Source: Caldisericaceae bacterium (GTDB lineage Bacteria > Caldisericota > Caldisericia > Caldisericales > Caldisericaceae). From it: DNA of 40,495 nucleotides. The first letter of the stretch is position 1, and the number at the start of each line of letters is the position of its first letter. Positions 10,528 to 19,154 of this stretch are shown piece after piece. Under the pieces are notes generated by a model. That model made no database searches. It saw only the letters and a program-made list of their open reading frames with translations, and was not told the origin of the DNA. Location: assembly GCA_049967855.1 (NCBI GenBank), contig JBMFRX010000013.1, positions 1 to 40,495 on the forward strand. The letters are read 5' to 3'. Position numbers and translations under genes: made by a program.

Positions 10528-11209
10528 TGTTAAAAGTATAAGCAATAAAGAATTCAACATTTTCGCGGGGCGTATAGGCTCGGGGAAAACTGAAGTTGCC
10601 ATAAACCTTGCAATAAAGTTGAAATTGCTTGGTATTGACCCAACTTTATTCGATATGGACGTAGTAAAACCCTATATAAGGATTAGAGATATTGAGGAAG
10701 CTTTTTCATTCTACAACATAAAACTTGTAGCACCCCCGGAAATAACAAAATCAATAGACCTACCTATTTATCCGAAGTTCATAATTGGAGAGCTTATGGA
10801 ACGCGGCACAGTGAAGATACTTGACGTTGGCGGAGATACGTATGGTTCAGGCTCAATAGCGCAGTTCAGGCAGGCAATTGGAGAAGATTACAATTTCTTT
10901 TTTGTTGTAAACACAAACCGCCCTGAGACCCAAACAAAAGACGAGATTATTTATGCAATGTCAGGAATACAATCTTCATCAAGAATGAAAATCACACACA
11001 TCGTTTTTAACAGCAATCTCAGGTGGGCAACAACAAAGGAGAGCATTCAAGATGGTTTCAAAATCGTAAAGAGCGTTTCAGATGAAACAGGCATCCCAAT
11101 AATGTTTGGCTGCGTTGATGAAAGGAAAATTGATTTGATTGATTCGATTAACTTACCTATATTGCCGCTTAAGCTTTTTGTGAATCCTCTTCCTATTCTG
11201 GAAGATTAA
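10514..11209 (+). CDS. P-loop NTP-binding protein (MinD/CobQ-like), of the type found between buk and vor genes
   Basis: GRIGSGKTEVAIN, DMDVVKPY, DVGGD, VVNTNRPET. Confidence 0.75.
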   Translation: MKEFDVKSISNKEFNIFAGRIGSGKTEVAINLAIKLKLLGIDPTLFDMDVVKPYIRIRDIEEAFSFYNIKLVAPPEITKSIDLPIYPKFIIGELMERGTVKILDVGGDTYGSGSIAQFRQAIGEDYNFFFVVNTNRPETQTKDEIIYAMSGIQSSSRMKITHIVFNSNLRWATTKESIQDGFKIVKSVSDETGIPIMFGCVDERKIDLIDSINLPILPLKLFVNPLPILED

Positions 11210-11230
11210 AAATACACAAGGAGGTTTTGA

Positions 11231-11464
11231 ATGGAACCAAAGGTAATTATTGATGAGCAGAGATGCAAAAGCTGTGGTCTTTGCGTAAGCATCTGCCCAA
11301 AAAAAGTCCTAAGAATTTCTGACAAAATAAATTCTCATGGTTACCACCCAGTCGAGTTATTCGACAATGAGAATTGCATTTCTTGCGGGTTCTGCTACCT
11401 TATCTGCCCTGATAAGGCAATCGTTAGCGTAAGCCGCCCTGAACCCGTGAAGCAAGGAGGCTAA
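11231..11464 (+). CDS. 2x[4Fe-4S] ferredoxin-like delta subunit of 2-oxoacid:ferredoxin oxidoreductase
   Basis: CKSCGLCVSICP and CISCGFCYLICP. Confidence 0.92.
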   Translation: MEPKVIIDEQRCKSCGLCVSICPKKVLRISDKINSHGYHPVELFDNENCISCGFCYLICPDKAIVSVSRPEPVKQGG

Positions 11465-11465
11465 A

Positions 11466-12527
11466 ATGGGAGAAAAAGTATTAATGAAGGGTTCCGAAGC
11501 CATAGCTGAAGCAGCAATCAGAGCTGGTGCAATGGCTTTTTATGGTTACCCTATTACTCCGCAGAACGAAACACCAGAATATTTCTCAAGAAGAATGCCT
11601 GAGCTAAATCGCACCTACCTTCAGGCAGAGAGTGAAGTTGCCGCAATTAATATGGTTTACGGCGCAGCATGCACTGGGACAAGAGTTATCACTACATCTT
11701 CAAGCCCTGGCATCAGTTTAATGCAAGAGGGTTTCAGTTACATTGCAAACTCTGATGTGGGATGTGTTGTCGTAAATGTAATGCGTGGTGGACCAGGATT
11801 GGGCGATATCGCCCCAGCGCAGGGAGACTACTTCCAGGCAACGAAAGGAGGCGGCCACGGAGATTATCATTCTATTGTGCTGGCACCACACACAGTGCAG
11901 GAACAGTGCGATATGATGTATGATGCATTTGACCTGGCTGACAAGTACAGAATAATGGTTGTGGTGCTGGTTGACGGACTCCTCGGACAGATGATGGAGC
12001 CTGTGGAATTCAAGGAATGGTACGATATTAAATCACGAAAGACTCCTGATTGGGCAACTGTAGGCCAGGGAGAACGCGAAAATAGAAACATAATAACGTC
12101 TCTTGAGCTTCTGCCGGAAGGACTTGAAAAGATGAACATAAAACTGCAAGGTAAATACAAGACAATCGAGGAAAACGAAGTGCGTTTTGAAGAATACAAA
12201 ATGGATGATGCAGATTATGCTATCACCGCATTTGGTACAACTGCTCGTATTGCCAAAACTTCTATAAATATGGCACGCAAAGAAGGCATCAAAGTGGGCC
12301 TGATTAGACCAATTACGCTTTATCCTTTCCCTTACAACATTGTAGAAAAAAGGGCAGAACAGGTTAAATTCTTCTTCGACGTAGAAATGAATGCAGGTCA
12401 AATGATTGAGGATGTTAAGCTTGGCATTAGTGGCAAGAAACCTGCATACTTCTATGGACGGCTTGGCGGAATGGTGCCAACGGCTGAAGAAATATTTACT
12501 GCTTTCAAAAAGCAAATTGGAGGCTAA
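11466..12527 (+). CDS. vorB: 2-oxoacid:ferredoxin oxidoreductase alpha-type subunit (VorB-like, 2-oxoisovalerate)
   Basis: GYPITPQ, QAESEVAA, SSSPGISL, RGGPGLG..QGDYFQATKGGGHGD. Confidence 0.88.
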   Translation: MGEKVLMKGSEAIAEAAIRAGAMAFYGYPITPQNETPEYFSRRMPELNRTYLQAESEVAAINMVYGAACTGTRVITTSSSPGISLMQEGFSYIANSDVGCVVVNVMRGGPGLGDIAPAQGDYFQATKGGGHGDYHSIVLAPHTVQEQCDMMYDAFDLADKYRIMVVVLVDGLLGQMMEPVEFKEWYDIKSRKTPDWATVGQGERENRNIITSLELLPEGLEKMNIKLQGKYKTIEENEVRFEEYKMDDADYAITAFGTTARIAKTSINMARKEGIKVGLIRPITLYPFPYNIVEKRAEQVKFFFDVEMNAGQMIEDVKLGISGKKPAYFYGRLGGMVPTAEEIFTAFKKQIGG

Positions 12528-12528
12528 T

Positions 12529-13275
12529 ATGAAACTAATCTATAAAGCACCCGATACAATGACAAAAACGGACACAACTTATTGCCCTGGTTGCCCACAT
12601 GGGATAGCTCATCGACTTGTTGCAGAATCACTTGAGGAAATGGGCCTTGTAAAAAAGACCGTAATAGTGTGGCCAGTGGGTTGTTCTGTGTTTGGCTATT
12701 ATTTCATTGGAACTGACGCAATTGAGGCAGCACATGGCAGAGCTTGCGCAATGGCAACTGGAATAAAGAGGGTACATCCTGAAACTTTCGTAATGACATA
12801 TCAAGGAGACGGAGACCTTGCCTCGATTGGTATTGCTGAGACAGTACACGCAGCAGCAAGAGGCGAGAAAATTACTACAATTTTCATCAACAATGGAAAT
12901 TATGGAATGACAGGCGGACAAATGGCACCAACTACACTAATAGGACAGGTTACAACTACCTCGCCTTACGGAAGAAAACCTGAGGCAAACGGTTTCCCAA
13001 TGCACGTGCCCGAGATGCTTGCAACTCTTGATGGACCAGCATATGTAGCAAGAGCAGCCCTTGACAATCCTCAACATATTATTCAGGCTAAGAAATTCAT
13101 CCAAAAAGCTTTTAAAGCACAAATGAATGGCCTTGGATTTTCAATTGTAGAACTTGTTTCTACCTGCCCAACCAACTGGAAGATGACACCCGTTGAAGCA
13201 ATGGAAAGAGTTCGCAGGGAAGTTCTACCTGTTTTTCCAATTGGGGAGTTTAAAGTAGCAAAGGGGGTTGAATAA
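12529..13275 (+). CDS. 2-oxoacid:ferredoxin oxidoreductase beta (TPP-binding) subunit
   Basis: YCPGCPHG, QGDGDLASIG, NNGNYGMTGGQ, STCPTNW. Start moved to ATG 12529 after SD GGAGG, 1 nt after the alpha-subunit stop. Confidence 0.9.
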   Translation: MKLIYKAPDTMTKTDTTYCPGCPHGIAHRLVAESLEEMGLVKKTVIVWPVGCSVFGYYFIGTDAIEAAHGRACAMATGIKRVHPETFVMTYQGDGDLASIGIAETVHAAARGEKITTIFINNGNYGMTGGQMAPTTLIGQVTTTSPYGRKPEANGFPMHVPEMLATLDGPAYVARAALDNPQHIIQAKKFIQKAFKAQMNGLGFSIVELVSTCPTNWKMTPVEAMERVRREVLPVFPIGEFKVAKGVE

Positions 13276-13276
13276 A

Positions 13277-13831
13277 ATGGAAAAAGGAGTTGTAATATCT
13301 GGATTTGGCGGACAAGGCGTAATGCTTGCAGGAGAGCTTCTTGCAGAAACGGGCAAAGAGGAAGGAAAATTTGTAACATTTCTGCCATCCTATGGTCCTG
13401 AGATGAGAGGCGGCACCGCAAACTGTCACGTTATAATTTCTGACGAAGAAATAGCATCCCCTATTATTGATAAACCAGAAGCAGCAATAGTGCTCAACTT
13501 ACCTTCCCTTGATAAATACGAACCTCAAATGAAAGAAAACGGTCTGGTCATAATAAATAAGTCAATTGTTCCTAGGGAAGTTAAACGCACTGACATAAGA
13601 GTGCTTCAGATAAAAGCACAGGAAGTTGCAAGAGACCTGGGTAACGAAAAAACAATGAACATAATGCTACTTGCAGCATACGTTGAAATAGAGAAACCAG
13701 TGACAATAGACGGCTTGAAGAAAGCCCTAAAAACATTCCTGACCGGACGAAAGGAAGCTCTCATTGCTGATAACGAGAAAGCGATTGATAAAGGTGTTGA
13801 AATAGCACGAGAATTTGTTGGAGGAAAATAA
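13277..13831 (+). CDS. 2-oxoacid:ferredoxin oxidoreductase gamma subunit
   Basis: SGFGGQGVMLAG, PSYGPEMRGGTANC. Confidence 0.9.
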   Translation: MEKGVVISGFGGQGVMLAGELLAETGKEEGKFVTFLPSYGPEMRGGTANCHVIISDEEIASPIIDKPEAAIVLNLPSLDKYEPQMKENGLVIINKSIVPREVKRTDIRVLQIKAQEVARDLGNEKTMNIMLLAAYVEIEKPVTIDGLKKALKTFLTGRKEALIADNEKAIDKGVEIAREFVGGK

Positions 13832-14181
13832 TGAAAACGATTAAACCTTCTGAACTTTCTCCAGAGCCAGTTGAGTTCAACGGAGAACTTATTCCTGGTG
13901 TAACAATAAGGTGGTTGATAAAGAGGGAAGACGGCGCTGACAAATTCGCTATGAGATACTTTGAAGTGGAGAAGGATGTTTTGATCCCGGAACACAAGCA
14001 CCCATGGGAACATGAGATATTCATCCTTGAAGGCAAAGCAATCATCACCGAAGGAGATGAAGCACGCACCGTCGACGCAGGCACAGCCGTATACATCAAA
14101 CCAGATGCACCTCACTCATACAAGAACATTGGCGACGGTAAGCTTGTATTTTTGTGCATAATACCTTATACTAAAGTGTGA
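13831..14181 (+). CDS. Cupin-domain protein
   Basis: PEHKHPWEHEIFILEG ... PDAPHSYKN cupin motifs. Confidence 0.9.
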   Translation: MKTIKPSELSPEPVEFNGELIPGVTIRWLIKREDGADKFAMRYFEVEKDVLIPEHKHPWEHEIFILEGKAIITEGDEARTVDAGTAVYIKPDAPHSYKNIGDGKLVFLCIIPYTKV

Positions 14182-14924
14182 ACATAGAATTAAAAGGCAA
14201 GACAATACTTATAACTGGGGGCTCTTCTGGAATAGGAAGGGCCTCTTTAGCAAAGCTTTTGGATGGAGGCGCTGAGGTAATCGCCGTTGGAAGAGATGAG
14301 AAGCACATTGAAGACTCGCTCAAGGCTGCACCGCACGTTTCTTTTATAAAAGCCGACCTGAGAGACGAGTCAAGCGTAGATTATATAGAGAGAGAAGTCT
14401 CTAAACTCACCGACAAAATATACGGCTTCGTGCACGCAGCTGGAGTTATTTACTGTGAACCTTTTGAGACCTTCAGACTGCACGAGTTGCAGGAAATGCT
14501 CAGAGTAAATGTGGAATCGGGCTTCAGACTTCTACAGAAGATTTTACCATTGTTAAAGAGAGGCGGAAGCGCAGTTTTTATTTCCTCTATCGATGCCTAC
14601 TTTGCGGGGGATGCCCCTTCAAGCGGATATGCACTGTCAAAGAGTGCTTTGATAGGGCTCACAAATGCACTTGCAAAAGAATTTGGCACCAGAGGTATAC
14701 GTATAAATACAATCATTCCAGGACTTATCCGCACGCCAATGACAGAAGATTTCTTCACTAATGAATTCAAAGAACGCCGCAAACACTTCTTAGAAAGAGT
14801 TCCTCTCGGTAGGGCGGGTACGCCAGAAGAAGTTGCAAACCTTCTTATGTTTCTGCTATCTGATGCATCATCATACATTTCTGGAGATTCAATATTTATT
14901 GATGGAGGATATCACACCACATAA
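14178..14924 (+). CDS. Short-chain dehydrogenase/reductase (FabG-like)
   Basis: TGGSSGIG, HAAG, YALSK catalytic YxxxK, PGLIRTPM, IDGG. Confidence 0.92.
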   Translation: MNIELKGKTILITGGSSGIGRASLAKLLDGGAEVIAVGRDEKHIEDSLKAAPHVSFIKADLRDESSVDYIEREVSKLTDKIYGFVHAAGVIYCEPFETFRLHELQEMLRVNVESGFRLLQKILPLLKRGGSAVFISSIDAYFAGDAPSSGYALSKSALIGLTNALAKEFGTRGIRINTIIPGLIRTPMTEDFFTNEFKERRKHFLERVPLGRAGTPEEVANLLMFLLSDASSYISGDSIFIDGGYHTT

Positions 14925-16115
14925 ATGCCTCGGATAATACACACAGGTGACCTTCATCTTGGGTTTCCAACCTACAGAACAGAAATTAATTATGATTATT
15001 TTAAACCTTTTTCATCAGTTGTAGACTACGCAATAGAGAACAGAGTAGACCTGGTTGTAATTGCAGGAGACGTATTTGACAAGAGAGACCCTCAAACAAA
15101 CATACAAAGAGGTTTTGCAAGGGAACTGCGCAGGCTCACAAGAAATAATATCCCTGTGTTCATTATCACTGGAAACCATGAGGGTTCGCCAAATCCTGAG
15201 CGTAACATTCACCTTGACGTTTACAAAGAGCTTGAGATAGAAGGAGTGACAATTGCAAAGAAGATTTCGAACTACAAAATCGCCAACCTCAACATTGTGT
15301 CTTTACCTTACCCTTTTAAGCGCAATTTGATGCATCTTGATGATTACAGAGACAAAAATGAGTATGAAATTGCCGCAGAAATGAATAGCACGATGATTGA
15401 ACTACTTAACAACGCTTACAATTCACGCGATAAAAGCTTGCCAACGATATTCGTAGCACATATACCTGTGAATGAGGGACATATCGGAGATGAGATGTAC
15501 GGAAGTTTCGATATAGACCTGCCAATTTCAATAGAAGATATAGACAGAAGTGAGGTTTCTTATGTTGCCCTGGGACACTTCCACGACAGGCAAATAATGA
15601 GTTCAAAGAGATACGTCCACCCGTTTGTTTACTGTGGCTCTCTGGACAGGATTAGTTTTGGGGAAGAAAACTCAGTAAAGGGCTTCTTCGATGTCACAAT
15701 AGATGAAACAACACATAAGGCAAACTTTGTTTTCGTAGAGAATACAAGCGCAAGAGCATTCTACACGATAAGAATTGGGAAAGACAATGATTTTGAGTCC
15801 ATTGATATTGAACGCGCCAAAAAAAGCATAACTCGCATAATACTAACAAATGAAATTTCTGACGAAGACTCTCTGAGAAAGCTAATCGATGAAGTTGGCA
15901 AAATTGCCTACGTTTTTGCTGGCTTCGAGGATAGGCGTGTTACTTTGAACAACCCAAGGAAAGGAACATTTCCTATAGCAATTTCCCCGAAGGAAGCAAT
16001 AGAAAAATATCTTGAACTCAGGAATGATGATTATGTAATGGATCATAAAGACCAGATAATAAAAAAGGCCGAAAGTATACTTGGTGAGGTTGAAAGTGGA
16101 GATAGAGAAATTTAG
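14925..16115 (+). CDS. sbcD: SbcD/Mre11-family metallophosphoesterase nuclease
   Basis: HTGDLHLG, IAGDVFD, TGNHE, AHI, YVALGHFH, YCGSLDRISFGEE. Confidence 0.85.
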   Translation: MPRIIHTGDLHLGFPTYRTEINYDYFKPFSSVVDYAIENRVDLVVIAGDVFDKRDPQTNIQRGFARELRRLTRNNIPVFIITGNHEGSPNPERNIHLDVYKELEIEGVTIAKKISNYKIANLNIVSLPYPFKRNLMHLDDYRDKNEYEIAAEMNSTMIELLNNAYNSRDKSLPTIFVAHIPVNEGHIGDEMYGSFDIDLPISIEDIDRSEVSYVALGHFHDRQIMSSKRYVHPFVYCGSLDRISFGEENSVKGFFDVTIDETTHKANFVFVENTSARAFYTIRIGKDNDFESIDIERAKKSITRIILTNEISDEDSLRKLIDEVGKIAYVFAGFEDRRVTLNNPRKGTFPIAISPKEAIEKYLELRNDDYVMDHKDQIIKKAESILGEVESGDREI

Positions 16116-19050
16116 AAAGGGAATTGCAAGCATCACTACAGCACTTATTATTGGAGGAATTATTCTAAGCACGCTTGCTGTGACACCTTTTCTTCAAAAT
16201 GACCCCAACCCATCCTCAACAGTTATAAGGGCATATCTTAAAGAAATGGCTTTGAAATACAATATCCCGTCGGTAGTCCTTATGGGAATTGCTTACACAG
16301 AATCTGGATGGAGACAATTTGATTCAAGTGGTAATCCGATAATAAACTATAATTCCCAGACTTCTTTTGACATAGGCATAATGCAAATAAATAGTGTTGG
16401 CAGAAGCGATATTGATAAGCTCAAAACAGACATATTCTACAACATTGAAGTTGGCGCAAAGATTCTTGATGGGAAATGGAAAATCACTCCAGGCATAGGA
16501 GATAGGGATAGAAATGTACTTGAAAACTGGTACTATGCAATCTGGGCATACAACGGCTTTTCGTATACCAATCACCCATTGAACACAACTGGACGACACT
16601 ATCAAGATAAGGTAATAGATAACATAGGACGTTTTATACTCGGCAACGACGGGCAGCCTCTCTGGACCCCAACAACTATAACCAAACCAGATCCTGCAAC
16701 AATTGCCAACCCTCCACAGTGGATACCTACTCCCATACCCTACCACTATGGTGACCTTTACTCCAATTCAATGTCATCAGATAACGCACGCTTGCTTGCA
16801 GGACCATCAAACAGCGTTATAAAAACAAACAGAGATACTATGATTTCGTATTTGATGCAGAATGTTGGGACAACAGTCTGGAAAAAGAACAGTGGTACAT
16901 TTGCCAAACTCACCTTAACAAAAAATAATTCAGTTCTTGAATACACGTCAGCAGTTTCAAAAGATGTTGTCCAGGGAGAATCTTACCAATTCTCTTTTGT
17001 AATTAATGCCCCCTCTTCAGGAATATATTCAACCCAAATTTCAATGTACAATGGGACGTCAAGTTTTGGATCAAATGTTACAGGCACTATCGAATTGCTC
17101 GACGTTCAAGTAAGCGATGGAGCACAGTCATTTGATAACGGATTTGACATTGGACAAAGAGTGCCGTTGAAGTTCAACTTTAGTTTGCCCAGCCCACTGA
17201 ACAGCTTTGTCAAAATAACATTACAAGATAGTTACGGCAATACCACCTATGCTTCGCTTGTAAACACTGGCACAGTACAGCAAAACATTGACACTTCTTT
17301 CGTGCCATTGTCACAGTTGCTAATCCCTGGGTCATATACACTTAAAGAAGAATTAATATTTGTTGATGGACAATTCAATATTTCAGAAAATACCCCGTTC
17401 CCATCTTATTGCGATTTTGCAAAGCCTTTTATTATCAATAATATGTCGCAAACAGGAATTATGGTTGATTCGTCTCCTGAAGGAGCACACATTCTCATAA
17501 ATGGTGCGGACAGCGGATTTATAACCCCAGCATTCGTCAAAATCCCTCCAGCGTTATACAATGTAACGCTAACAAAAGATGGCTTCCTGAACCAACAGGT
17601 TAGCACAAACCTTGTATCTAACATAGGTTTTGTGTACTCTGCGCTTCAAGTTGATAGCTCAAATTTCAGTATGTCCCTTGTTCCAAACATTGTAAATCTT
17701 GCTCCTATCAACAGCGGGGATTCCTCATTTGCAACACTATCGGCTAATTTTGATGGAACAGTCTCTTCGCCTATCACGATAACTTCTGATTCAAAATGGT
17801 TATCAGTTTATCCATACAGCTTTAATACGGCAGCTGCAATAAATGTTTTTGTTGACTCCCGATGGGTAACGAACAGTGGAATCATTCAAGGAAAGCTCAC
17901 GTTCAGCAACAATTCCAAGTCATACACCGTTGCCATTACTGCTAATATTATAAATAGCAGTGCTCAAATCTACTTTCAACCTTCTCGTGCGACTCCTCGT
18001 GAAGGAGACACTCTTGCAATCGATGTCCACATAAGCTCTCCTAAGTATCCTCTTCAGAAAACGCATTTTGATGTCTCTTATGACCCATCATTCCTCTCAT
18101 ACATTGACTTTGCTCAAGACGAACAATATGCAGTCACTTCTGACAATACCGATGGAAGCATTGATTTTGATATAGCAAACCTCAACGGCCTTACAGGCGA
18201 TAGCAAGGTCATCTCGATTAATTTCAAGGCTTTAAAGCAAATAGGCAGCGGAACTCTCATAAAAATCCCAAATGCAACAGCAATATCTATGGACAACAAA
18301 CAAGTTTCCTTGCAAACAGGAACTTCAATTATTTCGATACTTCCAAAGCTCACATTGCCTTCGCAAGTTTCAGGACTTACAGCAGAACCTCTCATCGGGA
18401 AAATCCAGTTGAATTTTTCTCCCTCACAGCAAGGCAGTTATCCTATTAAAGAATATGAAATATATCGCTCAAAAGATGATTCTCTTGACAATGCTCTTTA
18501 CATTGGTAGCACCCAAAACAATTCGTTCATTGACAATGGCCCCCTCGAGAGAGTCCCTTATTTCTACTGGATATTGGCTGTAGATTCGTATAATAATTCG
18601 TCCATTCCTTCAGCATCGGTCGAGGCAATCCCCCTTGTATTTTCAGACTCACTACCAAAAAACGTCAAACTGGTCTTCGTAATTGGAAAACCATATGTTT
18701 ACATAAACGGCATTCAGATGCCAATGGAAGTGGCTCCATTCATCAAGGCAGGACGCACTTTTGTCCCTGTAAGATATGTTGCTCAACCCTTTGGGGCACA
18801 GGTTATCTGGAACAGCAAAACACAACAGGTGACATTAATCCACAAGAAAGTCATAGAACTCTGGATAAACAACTCCAAAGCCCTGGTTGATGGAATTGAA
18901 ACCCCCATTGATGCAGGAGATCCTACTATTGTGCCATTTATTCAAAGTGGTAGGACAATGCTTCCACTGAGATTTGTGGCTGAGAATTTCGGTTGTGATG
19001 TACAGTGGGATGCAAAAACACAAACAATTACAATAGATTATCAGAACTAG
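16096..19050 (+). CDS. Large exported multidomain protein: SLT lytic transglycosylase, Ig-like, PEGA, BACON-like, cohesin, FN3, copper-amine-oxidase-N ('stalk') domain
   Basis: N-terminal TM/signal; IAYTESG, GIMQIN, AIWAYNG (SLT); VDSSPEGAHILING (PEGA); SDSKWLSV (BACON-like); EGDTLAIDV...VSYDPSFL...INFKAL (cohesin); YEIYRS...YWILAVDSYNN (FN3); GRTFVPVRYVAQPFGAQVIW and GRTMLPLRFVAENFGCDVQWD (stalk). The GTG 16096 start is approximate. Confidence 0.8.
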   Translation: MEIEKFRKGIASITTALIIGGIILSTLAVTPFLQNDPNPSSTVIRAYLKEMALKYNIPSVVLMGIAYTESGWRQFDSSGNPIINYNSQTSFDIGIMQINSVGRSDIDKLKTDIFYNIEVGAKILDGKWKITPGIGDRDRNVLENWYYAIWAYNGFSYTNHPLNTTGRHYQDKVIDNIGRFILGNDGQPLWTPTTITKPDPATIANPPQWIPTPIPYHYGDLYSNSMSSDNARLLAGPSNSVIKTNRDTMISYLMQNVGTTVWKKNSGTFAKLTLTKNNSVLEYTSAVSKDVVQGESYQFSFVINAPSSGIYSTQISMYNGTSSFGSNVTGTIELLDVQVSDGAQSFDNGFDIGQRVPLKFNFSLPSPLNSFVKITLQDSYGNTTYASLVNTGTVQQNIDTSFVPLSQLLIPGSYTLKEELIFVDGQFNISENTPFPSYCDFAKPFIINNMSQTGIMVDSSPEGAHILINGADSGFITPAFVKIPPALYNVTLTKDGFLNQQVSTNLVSNIGFVYSALQVDSSNFSMSLVPNIVNLAPINSGDSSFATLSANFDGTVSSPITITSDSKWLSVYPYSFNTAAAINVFVDSRWVTNSGIIQGKLTFSNNSKSYTVAITANIINSSAQIYFQPSRATPREGDTLAIDVHISSPKYPLQKTHFDVSYDPSFLSYIDFAQDEQYAVTSDNTDGSIDFDIANLNGLTGDSKVISINFKALKQIGSGTLIKIPNATAISMDNKQVSLQTGTSIISILPKLTLPSQVSGLTAEPLIGKIQLNFSPSQQGSYPIKEYEIYRSKDDSLDNALYIGSTQNNSFIDNGPLERVPYFYWILAVDSYNNSSIPSASVEAIPLVFSDSLPKNVKLVFVIGKPYVYINGIQMPMEVAPFIKAGRTFVPVRYVAQPFGAQVIWNSKTQQVTLIHKKVIELWINNSKALVDGIETPIDAGDPTIVPFIQSGRTMLPLRFVAENFGCDVQWDAKTQTITIDYQN

Positions 19051-19080
19051 AAATTCCGTAGAGAAGTGTGACTTAAGCAT

Positions 19081-19109
19081 TTGCAAAAACTAAGAGAAAT
19101 TTGTAGAAT
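19081..19109 (+). promoter_or_regulatory. Sigma70-type promoter of the Na/Pi cotransporter
   Basis: TTGCAA-17 nt-TAGAAT, followed by SD AGGAGG and GTG at 19155. Confidence 0.6.
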
Positions 19110-19154
19110 CATCGTAGAGGAACTTTTTCAGTAAATTATTCTATAGGAGGCCAA

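Noticed and set aside
12406..12528. Upstream extension of the beta-subunit ORF
   Set aside because: Overlaps the alpha-subunit gene; the SD and family N-terminus support ATG 12529.
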